This document shows positions 50,823-62,037 of a DNA stretch of 64,000 bases, piece after piece. How positions within the stretch are numbered: position 1 is the first letter of the stretch; each line of letters opens with the position of its first letter. The position numbers and the translations under genes were made by a program. The DNA is from Eledone cirrhosa (lineage: Eukaryota). The DNA lies in NCBI GenBank assembly GCA_964016885.1, contig OZ024740.1, positions 71,238,001 to 71,302,000 on the forward strand. The letters are read 5' to 3'. The notes below the pieces were generated by a model. It saw only the letters and a list, made by a program, of their open reading frames with translations, had not been told where the DNA came from and did not search any database.

Positions 50823-52570
50823 AATCGACTTTCCCTTCAAATTGCTGGCCTTGTGCCTGTAGTAGAAACACTTATTTATAGCAATGGACTTTCCCTTCAA
50901 ATTGCTAGCATTGTGCCTGTAGTAGAAACACTTATTTATAGCAATCGACTTTCCCTTCAAATTGCTAGCATTGTGCCTGTAGTAGAAACACTTATTTATA
51001 GCAATGGACTTTCCCTTCAAATTGCTAGCATTGTGCCTGTAGTAGAAACACTTATTTATAGCAATCGACTTTCCCTTCAAATTGCTAGCATTGTGCCTGT
51101 AGTAGAAACACTTATTTATAGCAATGGACTTTCCCTTCAAATTGCTAGCATTGTGCCTGTAGTAGAAACACTTATTTATAGCAATCGACTTTCCCTTCAA
51201 ATTGCTAGCATTGTGCCTGTAGTAGAAACACTTATTTATAGCAATCGACTTTCCCTTCAAATTGCTAGCATTGTGCCTGTAGTAGAAACACTTATTTATA
51301 GCAATCGACTTTCCCTTCAAATTGCTAGCATTGTGCCTGTAGTAGAAACAATTATTTATAGCAATCGACTTTCCCTTCAAATTGCTAGCATTGTGCCTGT
51401 AGTAGAAACACTTATTTATAGCAATCGACTTTCCCTTCAAATTGCTAGCATTGTGCCTGTAGTAGAAACAATTATTTATAGCAATCGACTTTCCCTTCAA
51501 ATTGCTAGCATTGTGCCTGTAGTAGAAACACTTATTTATAGCAATCGACTTTCCCTTCAAATTGCTAGCATTGTGCCTGTAGTAGAAACAATTATTTATA
51601 GCAATCGACTTTCCCTTCAAATTGCTAGCATTGTGCCTGTAGTAGAAACACTTATTTATAGCAATCGACTTTCCCTTCAAATTGCTAGCATTGTGCCTGT
51701 AGTAGAAACAATTATTTATAGCAATCGACTTTCCCTTCAAATTGCTAGCATTGTGCCTGTAGTAGAAACACTTATTTATAGCAATGGACTTTCCCTTCAA
51801 ATTGCTAGCATTGTGCCTGTAGTAGAAACACTTATTTATAGCAATCGACTTTCCCTTCAAATTGCTAGCATTGTGCCTGTAGTAGAAACACTTATTTATA
51901 GCAATCGACTTTCCCTTCAAATTGCTAGCATTGTGCCTGTAGTAGAAACACTTATTTATAGCAATGGACTTTCCCTTCAAATTGCTAGCATTGTGCCTGT
52001 AGTAGAAACACTTATTTATAGCAATCGACTTTCCCTTCAAATTGCTAGCATTGTGCCTGTAGTAGAAACACTTATTTATAGCAATCGACTTTCCCTTCAA
52101 ATTGCTAGCATTGTGCCTGTAGTAGAAACACTTATTTATAGCAATGGACTTTCCCTTCAAATTGCTAGCATTGTGCCTGTAGTAGAAACACTTATTTATA
52201 GCAATCGACTTTCCCTTCAAATTGCTAGCATTGTGCCTGTAGTAGAAACACTTATTTATAGCAATCGACTTTCCCTTCAAATTGCTAGCATTGTGCCTGT
52301 AGTAGAAACACTTATTTATAGCAATGGACTTTCCCTTCAAATTGCTAGCATTGTGCCTGTAGTAGAAACAATTATTTATAGCAATCGACTTTCCCTTCAA
52401 ATTGCTAGCATTGTGCCTGTAGTAGAAACACTTATTTATAGCAATCGACTTTCCCTTCAAATTGCTAGCATTGTGCCTGTAGTAGAAACACTTATTTATA
52501 GCAATGGACTTTCCCTTCAAATTGCTGGCCTTGTGCCTGTAGTAGAAACAATTATTTATAGCAATCGACT
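50823..52570. repeat. 60-bp minisatellite, 29 units, derived from the 3' end of a family-2 SINE
   Basis: Exact 60-bp period, contiguous with the SINE body at about 50660-50822. Confidence 0.97.
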
Positions 52571-53212
52571 ATTGTTACAGTTATTTTCTGCATTTGAGAT
52601 TCCCATATTTTTAGGTACATATATATAATTATGTATGGACCTGTAATGCCTGATGGAGTCATAATGGCGCCTTTGTGACATACGGAGTATTCTGGGTACT
52701 TTAAACCTGACAGAGACAATTTCTTCTGCAAGTCTGCCATTTTAGTCCACAGAAGGTGAGAGAGTGATAGAGAGAAAATGATAAAGAGATATAGAGGAAG
52801 AAACAACCCCAGTACTGGACTGGTCATTTTTAATCAACCTCAAAAAGATGAAAGGCCAAGTTGACCTCAGCAAGATTTGGACTCAGAGAGTGGAGAGAAC
52901 CCGAATGAATATTGAAAAGGATTCTATCTGACCTTCTAATAACTGCAAATTCAACGCCTATATATATATATATATAAAATTAGAATTTTATTTCTCGCTC
53001 TAGCACAGCTGATACATAAATATAAGTATGCATACGTACACACACACACACATATATATATACACACACATACATATATACATATGTATGTATGGGTTGT
53101 ATCAAACATTGATAATAATATTTGATTAATTCGTACACAAACGACCCGATAAAGCTGTGCCATACCGATGACCAATCATCATCCATTTGTTCAACACTGA
53201 CATCGATGAACA

Positions 53213-53249
53213 ATCAACATGTTTCTGGGTCATTACCCTTCATCAGGAT
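53213..53249 (-). ncRNA. Minimal type I hammerhead ribozyme motif
   Basis: ATC-CTGATGA-AGGGT AATG ACCCA-GAAAC AT GTT-GAT: conserved core boxes, palindromic stem III, mismatch at the base of stem II. Confidence 0.55.
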
Positions 53250-53426
53250 GGTTTACCTTTCTGCCAATCTGTTGAACGGTTGAAAATATATAGTATTTTC
53301 TGAAGTATACATCGGCTGAGTAGCCTCTTTTGCCTTACTAAAAATTAAAAAAATAAAATTAGAATTTTGTTGTCACTCTAACTGATACGTAAATGTAAGT
53401 ATGCATATGTACACACGTATATATAC

Positions 53427-53486
<60 letters not shown>

Positions 53487-53692
53487 ATAACAATAAATTG
53501 TTAAAGGTAATCCGATAAGAGTCTGCGAAAACAACGTCTCATGGACAGTTTAAGCATACGGTAATGTGTGACTCAACAAGATGTTTACTTTGGTGACAAA
53601 TTGTGCTTGTATTCCTATGTAAATATATCTTGGAGTAATAAAAAAATTAAGAATAACATGGTTGACAAAACAGACAAGGAAATTTATTTATA

Positions 53693-53796
53693 GTCTTACA
53701 ATTGTTTCCATGGTAGAATTGTCTATAAATTGCTAAATACTGGAGAAGTATAAATCAACTTACAATACATTTAAATTCAACCATTTCCTCAGAGAC
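53693..53796 (-). ncRNA. Type I hammerhead ribozyme in the Penelope 3' terminal repeat
   Basis: GTCT-CTGAGGA-AATGGTTGAATT...AATTCTACCATG-GAAAC AATT GTA-AGAC. Confidence 0.7.
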
Positions 53797-54207
53797 CATT
53801 AAGAAATATAAAATATATGCGTAACGGTAAACTTAAAAATTCAAACTACTACATCAATACTATTGTTAATGATAAATAAATAAAGGAAGGAAGACAGATG
53901 GAAATGAGAGAGATAGGATATGTTTAAGTGTAGAGATATAAAGACATGGTATATAAGGTAATAAATGATGTAAATATAAATAAAAAATAAAAATAAAAAT
54001 AATTGTTTCTACTTTAGGCACAAGGCCAGCAATTACCCAGTGCATTACTGGTACTTTATTTTAAAAATAAAAATAATGATGTTAATACAAATGTTTTTAA
54101 GTTATTCATACATAGTTGTGAAGTTTGTGGTAATTTGATATGGTAATAAGTTCTAGACGTGTAAAAAGGAATAAGGAGAAGAAAATGGATTTAAGTTGGT
54201 CTAAAGT

Positions 54208-55860
54208 TCAGGAACTTAGATGCTGATTTATGCCGGCAAAAAATAGTTCGCTCAATTCTACTGTTAAGAAAGGTTTTACTAAAATTAAAAATTTGGAAGA
54301 GCTCCATATTACAGAGCCTACAATGGGACGTACCAGTTTGATAGGCTTTAGCAGTATTTTCCAGCTGATCTGGTATTTAGTGCCTGCATTTTTGAGTTGC
54401 CATATTTTATTCGTGAGAGTTGTTGTATTTGATTGGTTCTTATTAATCATAGAATGTCTGTGCACATACCACCGTTTTTTGAAAACATCAGCTGTGGAAC
54501 CAATGTAGTACCATGCCAAATTACCTGAGTTGCTAGTACATAAGTATATTACGATTTCTCAAGGCATCTGTTTAGTAGAGGGCAATTGTCGGGTAAGTGG
54601 CAATTGCATAGAAATGCTTTCCTATGCGCCGGTTCTACTATATGATTTTGAAGATTGTTATGTATGGGCTGCGAATTAGATTTGTTGGTGTATTGCGGTG
54701 TTGTACTTTGGCGTGTATTTGGTTGTGTGTGTACTATATTTGGTGATATGGAACTTATATGGGGGCTACTTTGATTATGAATTCTTGTGTAGTTAATTTT
54801 GTGAATGTGCAATTCTATAGTGTTAGCAGTGGAGTATGATAGCTTTATAGTTTTTCTATTAAAGATTTTATGATATTTATGTATTCTAGGGAAGTGTTTG
54901 TCAACTAATTTAAAGAAAGTAAGAGGAAGCTTAGTTTTAATAGAGGAGTTAAATATTGGATTAAACCATAGGTAGTTTCTATTTCTAGATCTCCTATGTC
55001 CGCTAGTGGTATTAGTATTATCATTTTGCTTGTTAAAATTAGGTATATGGTGCCTATTTATACGTTTAGAACTAGGTTTGTTGATTCTATGGTTGTGGAA
55101 GGTGTCGTTAACATTAAGTGTGGTGTTATTTTTTGTATCTGGTATGTATTTGAGTCGTTCTTTGTGGCCTGCCTTAAGTAAAGCTAAGTTATAGTAGCTA
55201 TCATGTTCATTAAAAATATCATGGTTAGAGGATAGGCGTGAGATTCTAAGGAATATACTATGCGCTATGGAGTTAATTATAGATCTAGGATGGTTCAAGT
55301 TATAGTCAATGTAAGCTAAATTTTCATTATTCTTATGAAAGGGTTCTATTAGTCCTGAGTTAAGGTTAAATGATACGTCTAAGAAGTTGACTTTTTTAGA
55401 GTTGGGTTCAAAAGAAATACTAAGGCCTAAGTTATTAAAGAATTTTCTAATCTTCTTCCTTAATCGTTCTAAGTTTTGGCTATTTACGTTTTTAGCTGAA
55501 AGTAGAGTATCATCTCTATAGATTCCACCTTGTAAGTTACCAAATTCCTTATGTAAGAAATATGCTATATAAATTCCAACCAAATCTGTGATCTGGACTG
55601 AGTCGTTCGATCCCATAGTGATATCGAAGTTATTCAGTCTATTTTTTCTCTCCCAGTAGCTGTTTCGAATTTAATGATAGTTCGTCTAGTGGCTAGTATT
55701 ATTTTAATTTCATCTGCTGAAAGATCCGAATGATTTTGGGCAAAGGATAATGCCTTATTAAGGGTGACTGGGGAGATAGAAGAGTAGTAGTCATTTATGT
55801 CAAATTGTATAAAGTCGGACGATTCTTTATTGTCTAATGAGTTGAACCAGTCTATTGCTT
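54208..55860 (-). pseudogene. Penelope RT + GIY-YIG endonuclease, frameshifted
   Basis: FIQFDINDYYSSIS, MGSNDSVQITDLVG, GIYRDD, VNFLDVSFNL, LNHPRSII, CNC...NCPL...CL linker, YYIGSTADVFKKRWYVH. Confidence 0.9.
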
Positions 55861-55950
55861 CCTCCCTTCCTTTATTTATTTATCATTAACAATAGTATTG
55901 ATGTAGTAATTTGAGTTTACCGTTATGCATATATTTTATATTTCTTAATG

Positions 55951-56054
55951 GTCTCTGAGAAAATGGTTGAATTTAAATGTATTGTAAGTTGATTTATACT
56001 TCTCCAGTATTTAGCAATTTATAGACAATTCTACCATGGAAACAATTGTAAGAC
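55951..56054 (+). ncRNA. Inverted hammerhead copy with a core mutation
   Basis: Same as 53693-53796 but CTGAGAA instead of CTGAGGA. Confidence 0.55.
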
Positions 56055-56100
56055 TATAAATAAATTTCCTTGTTTGTTTTGTCAACCATGTTATTCTTAA

Positions 56101-56184
<84 letters not shown>

Positions 56185-56309
56185 GCAGTCTAAGGTATAC
56201 TATGAATGAAAAAAAAAAGATATTGACATGGTTGAAATATCTTTGATCATGGATCTGCTCAATCAGAACTAACCTAAGGCCAAATAACAAACAATTTCAA
56301 TGAATTTAC

Positions 56310-56532
56310 CTTTGATAAATGTGTTTGCAATTTATTCTTAGCTGTTTGCAGGTCTTTAATCCGGTCAGTTAAAGCCTGATTCGTCCCATTCCACTGTTGC
56401 CACATATCATTGCAGCATTTTTGAAGCAGTGTGTTGACTTCATTGCATAGGTGTTTAGAAGAAGCCCGCTCTGTTTGACATTGCTTGATATTATTATTGG
56501 TAAACATACACCATGTTTCTGGAACTGATGTC
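56310..56532 (-). CDS. TEKT3: Tektin coding exon 4 (223 bp)
   Basis: TSVPETWCMFTNNNIKQCQTERASS...QTAKNKLQTHLSK; TAG/GTAAA junctions in phase. Confidence 0.92.
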
Positions 56533-56734
56533 CTACAAAACACACACAGAGATATAATAATAATGAAAATTATTGTGTACAGTGCTCAGGTGCACTATAT
56601 GATCACATTTTGGTTTATGTGAATATATAAGCAGTAAAAAAAGAATGTCAGCCTTCTTCTTACTCTACTTAGTTCCAGCTGAGTATACATGTGTGTATAC
56701 AGCTGTATGTTTCTTGGTGTATTTTCTGTAGGAA

Positions 56735-56818
<84 letters not shown>

Positions 56819-57204
56819 CAGCCCACACTGTAAAGTGGATGTGTATATATACACCCAGTGAACGTATATATATATATATACACCCAGCCCACACTGTAAA
56901 GTGGACGTGTAGGCGCCACAGAAGAAAAGCACCCAGCACTCACTGTAAATGAGGTTGGTGTTAGGAAGGGCATCCAGCTGTAGACATCAAGCCAGAATCA
57001 GTTCCTGTATGAGCAAGACAAGGCCAGCCGACTGGACACTGCGCACAACAGGACAACCCGTCTAACCCATGCTAGCATGGAAGAACGGATGTAAAACGGT
57101 GATGATGATGAAGATATACATATATATACATATATATATATGTCATCATCATCGTCGATTAACGTCTATCTTCCAAGCTAGCATGGGTTAGACGATATAT
57201 ATAT

Positions 57205-57586
57205 GGAGGAACATGGCTTAGTGGTTAGAGCATTGGCCTTGCAATCGAAAGGTTGTGAGTTCAATTCTCATACTGGGTGATGTATTGTTTCCTTGAGCAA
57301 GACACTTTATTTCACATTGCTCCAGTTTACTCAGCTGTAGAAATGAGATGATAGGACTGTGGGTCCCTATCATTCCACTGCAAAGTGGTCGTGGAGGTAC
57401 CACGGCAAAAAAGCACCCAGCCCACACTGTAAAGTGGACGTGTAGGCGTCACGGAAAAAAAAAGCATCCATCACTCAATGTAAATGGGGTTGGTGTTAGG
57501 AAGGGCATCCAGCTGTAGAAATCAAGCCAGAATCAGTTCCCATCCCACCCTTGCAAGCAGGGAAAAGTGGACGTAAAATGATGATG
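57205..57586 (+). mobile_element. tRNA-derived SINE, family 1
   Basis: Same head and body as 257-598. Confidence 0.85.
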
Positions 57587-57799
57587 ATATATTAGTTTAA
57601 TGCATGACATACATACATACACACACACAGATATAAATATATAATGCAATGAGTTACTGCCCGACAGCAAGAGCTCATCTGTCAGGCAGTATCTCATTAC
57701 AATATCTACACTCTACTTTCTTAAGTATTGAGTACTAAGCTGAACAATGATCTTATTAGTGTAAACTGGTAACTCCCAACATATATATATATAATCCTC

Positions 57800-58595
57800 A
57801 TCATCATCATCATTTAATGAAGAACCGTGTTTTGTTCACACTTGCTTTCTACGGCTGGATGCCCTTCCTAAAGCCAATCACATTTACTGTGTGAACTGGG
57901 TGCTTTTTGCCATGATACCCACACAACCACTTTACAGTGTGGACTGGGCGCGTTTTGTTGTGACACCTACATGCCCACTTTACGGTGTTGGCTGGGTGCT
58001 TTTTGTTGTGACACCTACAGGACCACTTTACAGTGTGGGCTGGGTTCTTTTTGTTGTGACAACCTAAGGTTGATGTGAACAGAAGTGGTTGTAGGGGCAC
58101 AGGAGGTGTATGGAAGGGAGTGTATAGTAGTTAAGAGGTGCCTACTAGATATATGTTTCAATCCGTGTGCATGGGAAGACGGGTCTTCTGTATTACAGCA
58201 TAACACCAAAGATCTCAATTTTGTGTGATTGCTTTTGAGAGGTGTTATTGCTCAAGGTCAGTTTTTATCATCTTCCTGGGTCTTCCTTCTCTATAGCTTC
58301 CATCAACTTTGATTGTCCTGCACCTTTTTATACAGCTGTCATCCTTCATACATATCACAGACCATACAAATGCATCTCCTCTACAGCATACTGCATCTGA
58401 TACCTCTTATCTATCTCAGTTCATTTACACTTTGCCATTCATGTATATTACTATTACACATGCATTGGAGCTTGCAGGCTTTGTTACTTTCCAATCTTTG
58501 CAGGTCTTCTGCACACAGTGCCTAGTTCTCACTACCATACAACATTGCTGTTTGTATACATGCATCATGCAATCTGCCCTTCATTTTAAGGGAAA
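57800..58595 (-). mobile_element. Degraded RTE LINE 3' end with tandem 3'UTR units of about 41 bp
   Basis: Homologous to 8700-9400. Confidence 0.8.
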
Positions 58596-58834
58596 CTCCA
58601 AATTACTGTTTAATAAAAGATAATCCTCTATAGGGTTAAAAATTGACTTATAAAAGATGTAATTTTAATCCTTTAGAATATGGTATATTTTCAAGATTTA
58701 TTTTAGGGGAAAATAGCATCTTCAGTGCAGGAAAATATGGTACTTACCAGTGCTACAGTAAGGTACGTTAAATTAAATTTATGCCTAGCTAAAAAGAATC
58801 CTTATTGTAATAAATTCTTTCTTTCATCACTTAC

Positions 58835-58978
58835 GTGTTGTCAATCTTATCAACACCATTTTGATATGATAAGTTGGTTGACATATTACGAAGCTGGAAA
58901 GCATTTTCATCAAGGTTTTGTGCCAGAAATTTATTTCCACTGTCCTTCTCAAGTTCAAGTTGAGCTGCACGATTCTGA
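58835..58978 (-). CDS. TEKT3: Tektin coding exon 3 (144 bp)
   Basis: QNRAAQLELEKDSGNKFLAQNLDENAFQLRNMS...KIDN; TAG/GTAAGT junctions, phase 2/2. Confidence 0.92.
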
Positions 58979-59154
58979 CTAAAATAATAAAGGAAGAGAG
59001 AAGAAATACTAAATAAAGGAACCAAATAAAAAGTATAAATAAATGACAGTTTAATCGAATGTTTCAGGAAAATGATATTCATTCCAGTGTATAATCTAAT
59101 AAGAAATGGAGAAAAATATAAACAGATATTCTAGAAAAAATGAACAAAAATGCT

Positions 59155-59197
<43 letters not shown>

Positions 59198-60463
59198 AGA
59201 CATAACTAAATACTAATAAACAATTAGTCTATTCCTCAAATGATTCTGCTATTCTGTCATCTAGTTTGCAACAATCTCTATTATAATAACTGTCCAGACT
59301 TTTTGTCATACAAACACTAAGATGTGTCAAAAACGTTCTAAAATTTTCAAATTTTCATTTAAAATTCATATAATACAAAGGCAAGCCGAAAGAGGGGGGG
59401 GGGGGGGGGGGGGGCAAATGTTCTAAAATGTATTCTCTGTCAGTAGTATTGTCAATCTGTATTTCACTCTGTCAGATCATCATCATTGTTTTTACCTCAA
59501 CTGTTTCTACCATGCTGGTATAGGTTGGGCAGACTGAACCTTCCTCGTCTCACGCTAGCTTATGTGCAGAAATGTAATCTGATATCAGTTCTTTACAGCA
59601 AAATGAACTAAAAAATGTAAACGTAAGTGTCTTGTCTAGAAAAACAACAAAATATCCACAGAAGATTTTAATCTCACACTACATGAGTTATTGACTCTTA
59701 CTTTACCCCCACATTCCTTGCTAGCAGGGAAGACAGATAAACAGATGCCTGGTAATGATGACATCTACATAGAAACTATTTTAGAAGCAAATCAGTTAAG
59801 TTTTATATATATATAAAAAAAAACCTGCAACTTCAGCTTCATCCGATGATGTTGACCAGTTCTCCTTTTCGGGTAATGTTTTCGATGCTCAGAGAGTGGG
59901 ATTGGTCGAGTGCAAGGCCTTTCCCCACTTAAAAAAACCTTCAAAACACAGACATTCGCTTGTTCAGGATCTGTTACAGGTTCGTGTGGCTGGCGGTAGC
60001 CTAAAAGTGCACCATTTTCTATAATCTGACAAGCGATTGCAATACTCTTAGCAGAGTTTGCAGCCATCATATATATATATAAAGAGAGAGATTCATACAG
60101 AAATCAGTTAAGATGCAAACCGATTCCCTCATTCACTCATGTATAATGAGTTCCTATGTGTTGCAACTTTTTCTTGGTTTTTTCACAGTTTACTTAACTA
60201 TCAAATATAGATACATTATCAGAGAATATTACCAATATAATGCACCAACGAAAATTTCTCTATCATCATACCACTTTATGTTAAAAAACTGAATGCAAAC
60301 AATAGCTTCCAAAGTCATCTCCCAACCCCAGGAGCTAAGGAATGTTTACACATGACATTGTAGAAACCATAAAAGAATCCCCAAACCCTTTCTTGTTGCA
60401 CTTTGTCAGCCAATGGTAAAAAGAATCAAGACAAGATCTGATCCCATTAATAATTTTACTCAC

Positions 60464-60534
60464 CTTAATTGCATTGTTACCTTTTCAATTATTCCTCGTA
60501 GTTTGTCCTGGCATAATTTGATAGTGTCCACCTC
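60464..60534 (-). CDS. TEKT3: Tektin coding exon 2 (71 bp)
   Basis: EVDTIKLCQDKLRGIIEKVTMQL; CAG/GTGAG junctions; phases match both neighbours. Confidence 0.88.
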
Positions 60535-60939
60535 CTGTTATTTCAACAACAAAAAAATAATTTATATATTTATTTAAATAGTTCAGGTCTTTTAAATTTT
60601 ATTTATCATTATTTATTCATTTTTAAATAAGCAATATATAAATAATTAAATTTGCTAGGGTAAAATTCTATCGTTATCTTAGCACCTTTAATCTTCTATG
60701 CATTGTTTAAATTTGTGTATATATATATATTGTATATTTGTCTCTGTATGGTAAACTTTACATATATATCCATGGTATCTATGTAGGTAAGATGAAGTAG
60801 TAGGAGTTAACAATTTGGCCACAATTATACAGAGCAGAGCTGAACTGAGATATAAATCATCAACATAATCAATTCAGCTAACTCTCACTCCAATGATTTA
60901 ACATTTGAAGGTTTCCTGAAAATTACTTAAATTACTTAC

Positions 60940-61638
60940 TTTGATCAAATTCTTTTCAGGCTCATCACATACCAATTCAATGCCACGTCTCTGGGCTCTA
61001 CTGTAAAGACATTCTCGCACCAAATTTAGTGGATTTTCAGTTTCAATCAGAGTTTGTTCAGCTATTTGCTTTGCATTTTTCAGTTCTGATGTAGAAGCAA
61101 CAACATTATCGATTTCATGAAGAAGCTCATTTTTCCAGAAAACTATGTCACAAATACGTTCTCCCAATCTTTTACCACAATCTGACTGAGTACGTTTTGT
61201 TTTCTCGTCTGCTTCTTGACACAGCCTTACAGTATCTAGCCTCAGTCTTTCTGCCCCACTTCGAAGATAGTCAGAAGTAGAATAATTAGTTTGGTTAAAA
61301 CGTTCCCACTCATTTGGAGTGTAATGTGTATATAAGGATTTATTTGCTGAGTAAGAGAGAGGAGAAGACTTAAAGGAATCAAAGTTGGCACGTCCAAACG
61401 AAAACATTACGTTCCTATTCAGAGGCTGTATATTTTCAGCTTTTTTAGGTAGGTTATATGTATTTAGCCAGGGCACTTGTGTTAATGAACGGTGAAATTG
61501 AGGTGGATTAGGATAACAATCCTGAACTCTTAAGGATGAATTCTGTCGAGCAATTGTTGGCAAGGAATAGGAGCCATTGAAATTTTGACTGGCACCAAAA
61601 CTATACTTAGCTTTCTGTGTATGTCCCAGAAATTCCAT
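60940..61638 (-). CDS. TEKT3: Tektin coding exon 1 (TEKT3/5-like N-terminus)
   Basis: MEFLG...YTPNEW...AERLR...KRLGERICDIVFWKNEL...ECLYSRAQRRGIELVCD; donor GTAAGT. A splice acceptor 12 nt upstream of the ATG implies a separate 5'UTR exon. The six exons sum to 1539 nt (512 aa plus stop). The paralogue assignment is from memory. Confidence 0.9.
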
Positions 61639-61955
61639 TTCAAAATGAACCTGAGATATAAATGAAAATTTCAGTTAGATTATTCATTTGTTCATATGTT
61701 GAAATGCACCAGGTAAAAAAAAAAAGGAAAAAAAAGAAAAAAAAAGAAAAAAAGAAAGAAGTCTTTATGTTATTAATGACATCATCATCATTGTTTAACA
61801 TCTATTTTCCATACTTGCATGGGTTAGACAAGCTGTCATGTTATGAGGCCAGAAAAGTCAGGTGACTCATATTGTCCATTTTGGACTTCATTTTCTATAA
61901 CTAGATGCCCTTCTAATTCCAACCACTTTACAAAGTGAACAGGCTGTTTGTACAC

Positions 61956-62037
<82 letters not shown>

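Larger units (their letters stand above)
53645..56100 (-). mobile_element. 5'-truncated Penelope-like element with an inverted copy of its 3' end at the 5' junction
   Basis: RT and GIY-YIG frames; 53647-53891 is repeated in inverted orientation at 55865-56100. Confidence 0.9.

Noticed and set aside
50823-52570. CRISPR-like array
   Set aside because: The units are contiguous and near-identical with no unique spacers, there are no cas genes, and the context is eukaryotic. The same applies to the 25-bp array at 1087-1425.
50775-52628. Overlapping 581-aa (-) and 607-aa (+) ORFs as repeat-protein genes
   Set aside because: Both arise because a 60-bp unit (a multiple of 3) lacks stops in one frame per strand; the unit is SINE tail sequence inside a tektin intron.
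59792-60070. 92-aa ORF in a GC-richer patch of a tektin intron
   Set aside because: No recognisable motif, and the tektin frame is complete without it; probably an unidentified repeat fragment.
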